Shown piece after piece: positions 18,328 to 28,537 of a stretch of 64,000 bases of DNA. A program made the position numbers and the translations under genes. Source of the DNA: an uncultured Thermoplasmatales archaeon (lineage in GTDB: Archaea; Thermoplasmatota; E2; DHVEG-1); NCBI GenBank assembly GCA_964347865.1, contig CAYGAC010000044.1, positions 105,206 through 169,205 of the forward strand. Direction: 5' to 3'. Position 1 is the stretch's first letter, and each line of letters begins with the position of its first letter. Below the pieces are notes generated by a model. That model saw only the letters and a program-made list of their open reading frames with translations. It was not told where the DNA came from and did no database searches.

Positions 18328-19512
18328 TCACATTACTTTATGTTTAAAATCTTGTAGAATATTCATAAAATTTATAAATCCATCATAAGGAGCGTCATAG
18401 GGGCTAAAATATGCATGAACATTACCATCTTCATATCCTTTAGTAGAAACATAATATAGATGGTCAGACGTTTGAAGTAACCGCCAAGCATGTAATAAAT
18501 CCTCATTGCCATGGTCTCTTAATTTTTGTCCAATATTTTTTAATTCATTGAAGCATGCAATTTGCATATCATTGCCAAGCCAAGTAGATACATCACGATC
18601 TTCATCGGCCCATGAAATTGCCCAAGGGACATCAATATCACCGACTGTTTCATGTCTTTCAATTGCTTCATCCACAGTGACAAAATCAAGATTTCCTTGA
18701 CGTAAAACTTCCTTAGGGAGATTCTTGATAAAATCAAAAATACCTGTTTCAGTCCATTGATGTTCTCCAAATGTTTCATAATCCATAAATAAATTGATTA
18801 TTTCTCCTTCACAATGGGACATCCAATGAGCATATTTATCAGCTGTTAATGGGAATCCTGGCCAATCACGTGCTGAAAATCTGAATCCTACGTCATCACT
18901 TAATTTATAATTTCGTAATAGAACCTTAAGGTCAGCATTAATTGGTTTGTATAAAAAATTTGGTGAACGCCATCCTAAAATCTTTTCTGTTCCCTCAGTA
19001 ATAATTCCCTTATATCCTAAATCTTCTATTTTTTTTGCAATACGATTATCGTAAATTGCTTCAGTGTTTCTAAAAACTTTAGGTTTACAACCAAATATTC
19101 TTTTAATCATTCGGTTATGCATTTTTACCTGATCTTCAAATTCATCTAAACTTTCAAATAATGAAGATAATGAATGAAAGTAAGTTTCTTCAATTAAATC
19201 AACAGCACCTGTGTTATGCAAGTCTTTAAAACTATCAAGAACTTCTGGTACAAATCGTTCACAATATTCAACAAATGTTCCAGTTATACTAAAAGATATT
19301 CTAAATTTACCATCAAATTCACGTATCAAATCAAGTAATAAATTGTTTGTAGGAAGGTAGCATTTCTTTGCTACTTTTTCAAAAATCTGCTGGTTTAGTT
19401 TGTCATTAAAATAGGTAGAAAAAGATTCGTTTTTTTCTCCAATATTAAAAACAGAAAAACGGTTTAATCTCATCGGTTGATGAACTTCAAAATAGAAACA
19501 TACTGATGTCAT
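18328..19512 (-). CDS. GH57-family alpha-glucan-active enzyme (alpha-amylase / branching-like)
   Basis: GH57 N-terminal signature CFYFEVHQP. Short form at 394 aa. Sits within the glycogen locus. Confidence 0.65.
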   Translation of the reverse strand: MTSVCFYFEVHQPMRLNRFSVFNIGEKNESFSTYFNDKLNQQIFEKVAKKCYLPTNNLLLDLIREFDGKFRISFSITGTFVEYCERFVPEVLDSFKDLHNTGAVDLIEETYFHSLSSLFESLDEFEDQVKMHNRMIKRIFGCKPKVFRNTEAIYDNRIAKKIEDLGYKGIITEGTEKILGWRSPNFLYKPINADLKVLLRNYKLSDDVGFRFSARDWPGFPLTADKYAHWMSHCEGEIINLFMDYETFGEHQWTETGIFDFIKNLPKEVLRQGNLDFVTVDEAIERHETVGDIDVPWAISWADEDRDVSTWLGNDMQIACFNELKNIGQKLRDHGNEDLLHAWRLLQTSDHLYYVSTKGYEDGNVHAYFSPYDAPYDGFINFMNILQDFKHKVM

Positions 19513-20621
19513 TATGTAATTCCTCTATAAACATCAATTGTCTTTTCTGCAACTCGATCCCATGTAAATAATTCAATCTCTTGTTTTGATTGTTTACTCA
19601 TTGTTTTTCTCAATGAATCATATCTTAACAAAGCTATAACCTTATTTGCCATTTCATCTGTATCCCAAAAATCAACTTTTAAACAATTACGAAATACCTC
19701 AGATACACCTGCAGTTTTTGAAACGATCGTTGGAGTACCAGCAGAAATAGCTTCTAGTGCCGTTATCCCAAATGGTTCACTCACAGATGGCATAATATAG
19801 ACACTTGAAATTTTGTATATATGCTTGACTTCTTCTTCAGTAAGTTTGCCAGTAAAAATAACTTTATTCGAGATTCCAAGGTTAATTGCTTGACTTATTA
19901 GATCTGGGAGCATATCTCCGATTCCTGCAACAACAAATCGAGTGTCCTCATGTTCTAAAATTTTTTTTGCTGCTTTTAGGAAAAATTCTGGTCCTTTTTG
20001 AATAGTTAGTCTGCCTAAAAATAAAACAAGATTCTTTTTTTCACTTTCTCCAATTGGATATACAGCGTTATGTACAACAGTAATTTTATTAGGATTTATA
20101 CCATATTTTTCAATGATTACTCTTTCTGTGAAATGACTGACTGCAATTATTTTATCAGCTTTTTTCATACCTTCTTTTTCAATGTTTATAAACCAATCAT
20201 TTGGATACAACCAACCGGATCTATCATATTCAGTTGAATGTACGGTAAGAACAAGAGGGATGCCCATTTTTTCTTTAAGTGCAACTCCTGCTTTCATTGT
20301 TAACCAATCATGGCAATGTATAAGATCATACTTTCCTTTTACCTTTTGTACCAGAAGATCGTTATATCTGTAAACACTTTCAAAAAATTGACCTGCTAAT
20401 TCTTTATTTCCTGGACGATCGTAAGGGAATATTTCAGTTTCTCCAACTTCTTTGATTACTAAATTATCCTTATCACTACTTGGTTTATGTTTAGTTTTAG
20501 GCATGTAGAAATCTATAGATATGTTTTTATCTGCAAGACTTCGGGTAAGTCCATAACAATGGGTTCCCAAGCCACCCACTTTAAAAGGTGGGTATTCCCA
20601 TCCAATCATCGCGATTTTCAT
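19512..20621 (-). CDS. glgA: glycogen synthase-like glycosyltransferase (GT5/GT4)
   Basis: N-terminal MKIAMIGWEYPPFKVGGLG (K-x-GGL motif of starch/glycogen synthases). GT-B C-terminal domain. Upstream SD TTGGTGAGGAAAT. Confidence 0.6.
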   Translation of the reverse strand: MKIAMIGWEYPPFKVGGLGTHCYGLTRSLADKNISIDFYMPKTKHKPSSDKDNLVIKEVGETEIFPYDRPGNKELAGQFFESVYRYNDLLVQKVKGKYDLIHCHDWLTMKAGVALKEKMGIPLVLTVHSTEYDRSGWLYPNDWFINIEKEGMKKADKIIAVSHFTERVIIEKYGINPNKITVVHNAVYPIGESEKKNLVLFLGRLTIQKGPEFFLKAAKKILEHEDTRFVVAGIGDMLPDLISQAINLGISNKVIFTGKLTEEEVKHIYKISSVYIMPSVSEPFGITALEAISAGTPTIVSKTAGVSEVFRNCLKVDFWDTDEMANKVIALLRYDSLRKTMSKQSKQEIELFTWDRVAEKTIDVYRGIT

Positions 20622-20939
20622 TATTTTATTTCCTCACCAATTATCAGAGATTTTAACTGATACTTCGAATTATTATGCTAATATCATCTCTCCTTTTTAT
20701 TCTAATTCAAACTAGCATCAATTTTATTGCTATAGTTAGGCAACCCATTACGGGTAAAGCTTACTTCAATCTATAAGCTTTTCGTTTTTTTATACTATTA
20801 ACTCTAAATAACTAGGTCAAAGTTCACTTGAATGTATATTTTATAATTATGGAATATTTTTACTTATTATTTATGATATACTTTTTTAGAATATAATTTT
20901 ATCTCAAAACTAATACATAACTATCTAGTTATAAAAAAT

Positions 20940-21200
20940 TATATGTCGCTGTCACCCAACAAGATAACTTGGTTGGGTGTGATTACAAAACCATTCTAAC
21001 AATGCAGCAGTAGAGTAGTAATGTAATTCATATCGCGACAGGTGTTTGATACCGTGGTTGTCCTCTTTTTCATTTCTTGACATTTCGTCTATTTGATCTG
21101 AGAGGGACCCTAACCGATATCAATTGTCGCCTTGACCTTGCTTCTCCAATCACAAATCATGGAGCTCTTCGAATCAAGGCAATTAAAATCATGATATTAG
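20940..21200. ncRNA. candidate structured non-coding RNA (unclassified)
   Basis: Lies in a 600-nt ORF-free gap. Local GC is about 40-45% against a genome background of about 30%. Inverted repeats CACCCAAC/GTTGGGTG and GCCTTGA/TCAAGGC. No protein-like frame on either strand. Confidence 0.25.
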
Positions 21201-21225
21201 TTCTTAATTAAAGTTTCGCTCTTTT

Positions 21226-22038
21226 TTATTTATACTTGTTTATTTCGTTTCGAAGTAATAATGCTTCTTCCCTGGATTTTTCTGAAAAATTCTCTTCTTT
21301 ACCAGCATAGATTATTCCACGAGAGGAATTAATAATTGCCATTTCACCTTTGGCATTAGTCCCATTTTTTACAGTTTTTTCAACATCTCCACCTTGTTTA
21401 CCTATACCTGGAATGAGTAGAGGAATTTCTTCTCCTAAAATATTACGAATTATTTTTAATTCAGAAGGATATGTTGCACCGACGACTGCCCCACAATTAT
21501 TGTTTTTATTCCATTCTTTAATTTTTTTCGCGACAATTTGATAAAGTGGAGTTGATGATACAATTAGATCTTGAAAATCACTTGCTGAATCATTGGATGT
21601 TCTACAAAGAATAAAAGTACATTTATCTTTATATGATAGAAATGGAGTTACTCCATCTATACCTAAATAAGGATTAATAGTTACTGCGTCAGCATTAAAT
21701 GTTTCGTATAAAGTTTGAGCATATTTGTTTGCAGTATTACCGATATCATTACGTTTTCCATCTAGCACCACAATGATATCCTTTGGGATATATTCAATTG
21801 TTTTTTCTAAAAGAATTAAACCATCCGATCCAAAAACTTCATAAAACGCCATATTCAACTTATAAGCACAAACAATATCTTTTGTAGCGTCGATAATCGA
21901 TTTGTTAAAATCTAAATATGGTTGCTTACTTGATTCAATTAAAAATTGAGGCATTTTTTCTTTATCAATATCTAGACCAACGCAAAGTAAGCTACTGTTT
22001 TTATGGGAGATACCTAATAATCTTTCTTTAAAGTTCAT
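21226..22038 (-). CDS. pyrF: orotidine-5'-phosphate decarboxylase, type 2
   Basis: LCVGLDID, DGKRNDIGNT and LLIPGIGKQGGD motifs. The start was moved to the internal Met (MNFKERLLG). The longer ORF reaching 22113 would leave only 7 nt before the divergent neighbour, and its extra 25 aa are hydrophobic junk. Confidence 0.65.
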   Translation of the reverse strand: MNFKERLLGISHKNSSLLCVGLDIDKEKMPQFLIESSKQPYLDFNKSIIDATKDIVCAYKLNMAFYEVFGSDGLILLEKTIEYIPKDIIVVLDGKRNDIGNTANKYAQTLYETFNADAVTINPYLGIDGVTPFLSYKDKCTFILCRTSNDSASDFQDLIVSSTPLYQIVAKKIKEWNKNNNCGAVVGATYPSELKIIRNILGEEIPLLIPGIGKQGGDVEKTVKNGTNAKGEMAIINSSRGIIYAGKEENFSEKSREEALLLRNEINKYK

Positions 22039-22120
22039 ACAATAAAGACAAATATAAATTCCAATATAAAAAGATGCCATCCAGTTAGTTATATAATGTC
22101 TTTTCAAATACAAAATCTAA

Positions 22121-23194
22121 ATGGAAATTATTTATGGCATTTGCTCTTGGGGACTTGGTCATTCAACTAGATCTTTACCAATATTAAGAAAACTAATAAA
22201 AGAAAACAACAATCTGACTATTGTATCCCATGGGAGATCCTTAGAATTATTGAAAAAAGAATTAGGGAAAACTGCTAACTACAAGGACATACCTGATTAT
22301 CCGATGTTACTTTCAGAGAATTCTAGACAGTTTATGGCGAAAAGCGTAATTTACTGGCCTTTATTTATTAAAAGGATAGAATCAGGTTTAGTTCAACTCT
22401 CGAAAATACTTAATAAAAAAAAATATAACCTAATTATTTCTGATGCTCGATACGATATATATAGCAAGGAAATTCCTTCTTTTTTTATCTCTCATCAAAT
22501 GCGAATTATGAATCCTCTTCGTATAAAAATGTTTGAAACTGGAAGCGAGCTATTTAATCTCTTTTTTTTCAAAAGATTCTCAGGTATTATCATACCAGAT
22601 TATAGAGAAAATAGTTTATCGGGAGATTTATCACATAATTTAAAAAAAATTGATGAAAATAAACTTCATTATGTTGGTGTTCTTTCTGATTTTAAAAAGA
22701 GAAGAAAAAAGAAAGATATCGATTATTTTGTATCAATTTCTGGTCCCGAACCTCAGAGAAGTATTTTAGAAGAAAGATTAGCGGGGCAAATTCAAGATTT
22801 AGATGGAAATATTGTAATGACTCTGGGAAAAGTTGAAAAGTACTCAAAAATAAAGAATGAAAATATAACTACCTATTCATTTCTAACAAAAGAAAAAAGA
22901 GAGGGACTTTTAAATAAAGCGAAAATTGTTGTTTCAAGATCGGGATATTCGACAATAATGGATTTAGGAATTATTGAAACAAAAGCTTTGATGATCCCAA
23001 CACCTGGTCAAATAGAACAAGAATATCTGGGAACTTATCATAATGAGTTAGGTACTTTTTATTCTGTAAATCAAAGTAAAATTAAGCTGAGAAGAGATAT
23101 TGAAATTGCGAAAAAAACTACAGGAATAAAAAGAAAATACGATGTAAATAAAACTGTTGATAATGTTATTGATGTGATTTATTCTAATATGTAA
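22121..23194 (+). CDS. glycosyltransferase, GT1/GT28 (MurG/MGT-like) family
   Basis: N-terminal G-x-GHxxR motif (ICSWGLGHSTRSLPI). GT-B C-terminal half. Confidence 0.45.
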   Translation: MEIIYGICSWGLGHSTRSLPILRKLIKENNNLTIVSHGRSLELLKKELGKTANYKDIPDYPMLLSENSRQFMAKSVIYWPLFIKRIESGLVQLSKILNKKKYNLIISDARYDIYSKEIPSFFISHQMRIMNPLRIKMFETGSELFNLFFFKRFSGIIIPDYRENSLSGDLSHNLKKIDENKLHYVGVLSDFKKRRKKKDIDYFVSISGPEPQRSILEERLAGQIQDLDGNIVMTLGKVEKYSKIKNENITTYSFLTKEKREGLLNKAKIVVSRSGYSTIMDLGIIETKALMIPTPGQIEQEYLGTYHNELGTFYSVNQSKIKLRRDIEIAKKTTGIKRKYDVNKTVDNVIDVIYSNM

Positions 23195-23237
23195 CTCCTA
23201 ATGACTTTATATATCATAACTAATATACACAAGAGAG

Positions 23238-25097
23238 ATGCTGTTGATGACTATGCCAAAATCCAACGAGCTAACAAAAAACTGGTTTTTCTGGTTGATT
23301 GTAATAACAATAATAGCTATTATTTTAAGATCAATACCTGCTTGGACAAACGCTGCTTGGGGATGTGATTTCGGAATTTATTATGGTCTTACAAACTCTT
23401 TTGTGAAGAATCAGGAATTGTTTAATCCATATTACGGTTGGGGTGGATCATATCAATATTTCCCTGTTCTATATGCAGTAACAGGTGCTGCCCATTGGAT
23501 TACAGGTATCGATGTTTTAACTATTATGCCAAAAATCGCACCGATTTTTGGTGGTCTTTCGGTATTGTTGTTTTATTTTGTTGTGTATAAATTATTGGGG
23601 GATAGAAAGAAGGCTCTTCTGTCTAGTCTTTTCCTAGCAGTCATGCCATTTCATGTGTATCAAACAAGCCATGCCTCTCCATTAACTCTCGGTCACTTTT
23701 TTATGATGTTTTCCATTTATCTTTTCATAAAATTTAGAGAGGATATAAGATTCATAATTCCTCTTTTTATCTCAACAATTCTACTAATTATGTCTCATCA
23801 CCTTACAACATATATTTACTTGATTTCCTTAATATTCATTGTATTTGTTGAAAATACAAGCCAAAAGGATTGGACACCTTTTCTAAAAAAGGATATTAGT
23901 TATATATTGGTTACAAGTAGTCTGATTTTTTCATATTGGATATTAATTGCCACACCAGTCTATACTAATTTTATGAGTGGGGGATTAAAAATAGGAATCA
24001 TTAGTGTAAGTTCCAATTACACCATTATTTTGTTTTATCTACTGTTTTTTTTAATGTTTGGAATTGTTTGGTTAAAGAGAAAATTAAATATTTTCATTAT
24101 AAGAGAAAAGCCTACTTCAAAGTCAGTCTTAGCAAAATTTTCTATTACAATGATTATAATTTTAATTGTTATGAGCATCTTTTCTGTAATAAAAATACCT
24201 TGGACAAACTTTAGTTTTACACCATTATCGATTATTTATTCAATACCATTAATTCTTATCTTTGCATTTGGTTTGGCAGGTTTTAGATATACTCGATTCA
24301 TAAAAAATGGAAGTTTTATTCGAGGATGGTTATTAGCAATATTTGTCTCTTTTGGATTTGGAATTATCACCAACAGTTCAACAATACTGCCACATAGACA
24401 TTTTGAATATTTGATGGCTCCCCTTAGTATTATTTCTATATTCGGAATAAGGGGAATTTTCCTCAAACTGAATTATGAAAAATTATCTAAGATAACTGAA
24501 AAGTTAAGTTATATGAAAAAACCATCATTTTATTTCTCTAATAAACCAAATATATTACAAAAGAGGCAATTTCTATATATTGCTATAATCTTATCTCTCG
24601 TTACTGCAAATGCCGTATCTGTTTATCCGTCTCATGTAGCTTTAAATGCATCATATGAAGCTATATCAAACGAAGATTTTGCAGTCATAGAATGGATGAA
24701 CGGTAACTGTACAAAAAACGGAACTGTAATAGCTTCAGATCATCGTCTTGCAAGAGTTACAGAAGCTATAGGATTTAATACAACTTTAGACGATGCAAGC
24801 ATTATCTGGATATCTGAAAATGTTACTGATTATTTGGATGAATTGAAAGGAATTGGTAAAAATTATAGCAAAATCACTCATATAATAATTGACGATGTAA
24901 TGAAGGATATAGTAGTCCACGTTGGTTTTGGTAAAATATTCTATATGACGAATGAATCGTATGAAAAATTTTCTTATCAACCTTTTGAACTTGCCTATAG
25001 AAATGCGACTTTAAACCAAGATATGGAGGAAGTGCAATGGACGGAGGTTTATCTTGTTAACTGGACATATATAGAAGAATTTTTGGATGGCCCCTAA
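23238..25097 (+). CDS. large polytopic membrane protein, GT-C-like glycosyltransferase candidate
   Basis: 619 aa with 12 or more TM segments, followed by a C-terminal soluble domain of about 200 aa. This is the GT-C/ArnT-like topology. No WWDYG motif. Confidence 0.3.
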   Translation: MLLMTMPKSNELTKNWFFWLIVITIIAIILRSIPAWTNAAWGCDFGIYYGLTNSFVKNQELFNPYYGWGGSYQYFPVLYAVTGAAHWITGIDVLTIMPKIAPIFGGLSVLLFYFVVYKLLGDRKKALLSSLFLAVMPFHVYQTSHASPLTLGHFFMMFSIYLFIKFREDIRFIIPLFISTILLIMSHHLTTYIYLISLIFIVFVENTSQKDWTPFLKKDISYILVTSSLIFSYWILIATPVYTNFMSGGLKIGIISVSSNYTIILFYLLFFLMFGIVWLKRKLNIFIIREKPTSKSVLAKFSITMIIILIVMSIFSVIKIPWTNFSFTPLSIIYSIPLILIFAFGLAGFRYTRFIKNGSFIRGWLLAIFVSFGFGIITNSSTILPHRHFEYLMAPLSIISIFGIRGIFLKLNYEKLSKITEKLSYMKKPSFYFSNKPNILQKRQFLYIAIILSLVTANAVSVYPSHVALNASYEAISNEDFAVIEWMNGNCTKNGTVIASDHRLARVTEAIGFNTTLDDASIIWISENVTDYLDELKGIGKNYSKITHIIIDDVMKDIVVHVGFGKIFYMTNESYEKFSYQPFELAYRNATLNQDMEEVQWTEVYLVNWTYIEEFLDGP

Positions 25098-26275
25098 ATT
25101 AATTTGTTTTTATGAAGTTCGATTACCTTTTTGTATACTTTTTCATATTGACTGCCTACATAGTTCATTGAATGCTTTTGGATGAGCTTTAAACTATTTT
25201 TACTCATCTTATTTTTAAGTTTTGTATCTGATAGTATATTTACAATGTTTTTTGCTAATTGTTTACTGTTTCTTGGATCAAATAAAAGACCATTTTCTGA
25301 ACTTACAAGTTCATGTACTGCACCTATATTTACAACAACGGCTGGCAATCCTGAAGCAATTGCTTCCATTGTCACGATACTTTGAAGTTCAGCTTCTGCA
25401 GGCATCACAAATAAATCAGCCAACGAATAAATGTTGATATAATCCTCCCATGCTAAAAAATCTATGAATGTTGTTTTATCAGATATGTGCAATGTTTCTG
25501 TTAATTTTTTCATTTTTTGTTTATATCCGCCCCCTGACCCACATAAAAGAAAATGAGCGTCTATTTTTTTCAACACGTGAGGTATTGCTTCTATAAGAAC
25601 ATCTAGATTCTTCTCACTGCTCATTCTTCCTGTATATAAAACAACATTTTCTTTTGGTATATTGAATTTTTTTCTCAGATATTCACCATCGTTATTCGGA
25701 TTGAAAATCTCTATATTTACTCCATTTGATATAGGAGTTATTTTTGTCTGGAGTCCTTTTTCAATATACATGTCTGCTCCTGTTTGTGTGGGTACTGTTG
25801 CCCAATTTACTAAATTGAAAAAATAAACGAGATATGCCCAAGAATATTTTTTAATAAGATTATAATATCTGGAGTTTATAAAAGGAGAGAGCATATTTTC
25901 TGGTAAAATATGAATGGATCCAACCACAGGTATACCAAACTTTTTGGCATAAAGGAGGGTACTTATACCAATCGGATATGGTGAGCAAATATTTACAATA
26001 TCAGGTTTGAAAGATTTAATGATTCTATTTAATTGAAATAGTGGAAATGGTGAAAAATGATACTTATTGTTCATATAAAATGGTAATATTAATCCCCGTG
26101 TTCTGAATATTGTTGATCCTTTATCTTGTTCAATATTTTTTTTATAGGAAAGACCTGGTGCTATGACGCCAACTTCATTTCCATGTTTTACTAGTTCATG
26201 CACGAGACGATGCTGTGCAATTGCTCCACCATCAATATTGGGATAATATGATTCAGTTGCAAATAATATTCTCAT
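25094..26275 (-). CDS. glycosyltransferase family 4
   Basis: MRILFATESYYPNIDGGA N-terminus. E-x7-E motif region EAELQSIVTMEAIASGLPAVV. Confidence 0.7.
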   Translation of the reverse strand: MRILFATESYYPNIDGGAIAQHRLVHELVKHGNEVGVIAPGLSYKKNIEQDKGSTIFRTRGLILPFYMNNKYHFSPFPLFQLNRIIKSFKPDIVNICSPYPIGISTLLYAKKFGIPVVGSIHILPENMLSPFINSRYYNLIKKYSWAYLVYFFNLVNWATVPTQTGADMYIEKGLQTKITPISNGVNIEIFNPNNDGEYLRKKFNIPKENVVLYTGRMSSEKNLDVLIEAIPHVLKKIDAHFLLCGSGGGYKQKMKKLTETLHISDKTTFIDFLAWEDYINIYSLADLFVMPAEAELQSIVTMEAIASGLPAVVVNIGAVHELVSSENGLLFDPRNSKQLAKNIVNILSDTKLKNKMSKNSLKLIQKHSMNYVGSQYEKVYKKVIELHKNKLI

Positions 26276-26348
26276 AACAATCTATATTCCACTTTAATTT
26301 GTAATCACACAGTTAATAAATAACAATTACTAAAAGGAAATTAGTGGA

Positions 26349-27395
26349 CTATTTAAAAATATAAGGACTCAGCGAAGATGCAATTGAGGGGGGAGATGCA
26401 AAAACATCAGTTGCAAAATACTGATACCAACCACACATTCGTTCGCATTTTTTCATATCATGTCTCGCTTGTTTAGCCCCTGGTGTTTTTAAAAACTCCA
26501 TAAAAGATCCGTCAGTAAAATTATAGATTCTTTCACCAACAGTTCTGCATGGGTAAAAAAGACCCCCATCAGAATCGATTATTATTGAGGATGTTGAACA
26601 TCCATGTGGTTTATTGATATTATTTAAAAATCCATTTGGGGTAGTAATGGTATTTTTATATATTTTTTTTAAACGGATAATTTCACTCCTGAATTTCTCA
26701 GGATCGGGATAATAATCATCTGTTCCATCTAGATGACATGCTGGCATAATCACAGTTCTTGCTCCCGCTTCATATATTCTTTTTACTTTCTCCTCAATAG
26801 ACATTATTGTGTCTTTTGTTACCACAATCTGTATACATATTTCTGGTCCATAGCTTTGAAATTCTTCTAATCTATCAAAAAATTCTAGATTCGCATGCCC
26901 TTCGTCGATACTTATGTGAAGATAGTCAATATGTTTACCGTATTCTTCCATTGGTCTTTTATCGAGTAAATGTCCATTTGTTGTGAAAAATAAATAATAA
27001 GGTTTTTTGTACGCATATTCTAGAATCTCGCCAAGATCTTTTCTTACTAGAGGATCTCCTCCTTCAATGCTTAAGACTATGATACTAGAATTGCCAATAT
27101 TGTCTAATAAGTTAAAAACTTCTTCTTTAGGAAGATCCGGGGTTTTTTCCATCCATACATTACAGAAATGGCATTTTAATGAACACTTATGAGTAACCTT
27201 AAATGAAGCGTAAAATGGATAAATATTTTCTCCAGATAAAAAGTTTGTAAAGGCATATCTCATTGTTTTTAGATATTTATCAAATGGTAATTTTTTCATA
27301 ATTACACAATAACCGTGTAGTAATATCTTATCGCACATAAGTTTTTTTATTAAGACTTCAATTTCAGAACCACAAGAATCATAAACTGTTTTCAA
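26349..27395 (-). CDS. radical SAM enzyme with SPASM/twitch-type auxiliary Cys cluster
   Basis: Canonical CSLKCHFCNVW (Cx3Cx2C). Additional C-terminal cysteines: CHLDG, CSTSS..YPCRTVG, CERMCGWY. Confidence 0.6.
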   Translation of the reverse strand: MKTVYDSCGSEIEVLIKKLMCDKILLHGYCVIMKKLPFDKYLKTMRYAFTNFLSGENIYPFYASFKVTHKCSLKCHFCNVWMEKTPDLPKEEVFNLLDNIGNSSIIVLSIEGGDPLVRKDLGEILEYAYKKPYYLFFTTNGHLLDKRPMEEYGKHIDYLHISIDEGHANLEFFDRLEEFQSYGPEICIQIVVTKDTIMSIEEKVKRIYEAGARTVIMPACHLDGTDDYYPDPEKFRSEIIRLKKIYKNTITTPNGFLNNINKPHGCSTSSIIIDSDGGLFYPCRTVGERIYNFTDGSFMEFLKTPGAKQARHDMKKCERMCGWYQYFATDVFASPPSIASSLSPYIFK

Positions 27396-27406
27396 AATAA
27401 AGGCTT

Positions 27407-28474
27407 GTGAATCTTAAAGAGAATAAGCCAAAAACAATGAAACTTTCAATAATAATTAGTCTTGTTTTAAGTATTGCAATCATTATACTAATTTTGTACT
27501 TAACAATTGATACAAACACTTTGACATATTTATCAACTCATCAGATACGTTATGAATTCTTTTTTGCCGCAATAGTGGTAAATATTATTTATTGGATATT
27601 GTGGGGTGTCAGATTAAGAATTCTGAGCAATGCCATCGATGAAAATGTTAATATTAGCATCTGGGAATCAACAAAAATAATTATTGCAAATCTCTTTTTA
27701 GCTAACATTACACCTTCAATGGCAGGAGGAGAACCAGTACGAATTTATCTTTTAAACAAGAATGGTTTAAGCGTTGGCAGTGCTACTGCATCAGTCCTGA
27801 GTGAGCGATTGCTCGATGCAATATTTCTTCTCTTATGTGTCCCATTTGCATTTTTAATTTTTAGAGGGCGCATAGAGATAGGGGTTTTGAGAATTGGACT
27901 TACAATAGCAGTAGTTATTTTTATAATGGCACTAGTGGTTTTTGCTTATGCATTAAAAAACCCAAATAAAACTAAATCCTTTTTAATTTTTTTAAGTGAT
28001 AAAATAAGTAGATTTTCTAAAAAAAAGGATAGTAAAAATGTACGTATAGAGAGGATAAAAAATGAGGTAGATAACTTTCATAACAGTATGATATTTTTCA
28101 TTTCTACAGGAAAAAAAGCTTTTATGAAAGCTGGTATATTTACCGCGATATTTTGGATTACGGGGTGGATGATTCCTCCGCTAATTCTTATGGGTTTAGG
28201 ATTAAAACCGTTTATTATTGAATCGACAGCAGCTCAAGTACTATTAATAATAATTGTAATGATGCCCACAACACCAGGAGGTGCAGGTGTTACCGAAGGT
28301 AGTGCTGCAGTTTTATACAGTGTATTTATCAGTTCATCTCTTGTTGGTATATTCATTATTTTGTTTAGATTTATAACTTACCACATGGGCCTTATAGCCG
28401 GAGCTATATTTCAGTATAGAATATTCAAATCTGTTGCATCATTTTCATTAGATGCGATAAAAAAACAAACATAA
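27407..28474 (+). CDS. flippase-like membrane protein (lysyl-phosphatidylglycerol synthase TM-region family, UPF0104)
   Basis: 8 TM. Conserved motif ANITPSMAGGEPVRIYLL. Confidence 0.55.
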   Translation: MNLKENKPKTMKLSIIISLVLSIAIIILILYLTIDTNTLTYLSTHQIRYEFFFAAIVVNIIYWILWGVRLRILSNAIDENVNISIWESTKIIIANLFLANITPSMAGGEPVRIYLLNKNGLSVGSATASVLSERLLDAIFLLLCVPFAFLIFRGRIEIGVLRIGLTIAVVIFIMALVVFAYALKNPNKTKSFLIFLSDKISRFSKKKDSKNVRIERIKNEVDNFHNSMIFFISTGKKAFMKAGIFTAIFWITGWMIPPLILMGLGLKPFIIESTAAQVLLIIIVMMPTTPGGAGVTEGSAAVLYSVFISSSLVGIFIILFRFITYHMGLIAGAIFQYRIFKSVASFSLDAIKKQT

Positions 28475-28537
28475 AGAGTTATAATCAGATATAGCGACGT
28501 CACATTTTAATAATAGAGATGATATTCAGCTCATCCT

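Noticed and set aside
21150-21180. TTCGAATC (T-loop-like) motif at about 21159 as a possible tRNA
   Set aside because: There is no flanking 5-bp T-stem complement, and no acceptor or anticodon arm could be built by eye. I did not find a convincing tRNA anywhere in the window. tRNAscan-SE would be decisive.
22039-22113. N-terminal 25-aa extension of the pyrF ORF
   Set aside because: The extension (MYLKRHYITNWMASFYIGIYICLYC) is hydrophobic junk. It would leave a 7-nt divergent intergenic region before 22121. The internal Met gives a canonical type-2 PyrF N-terminus.
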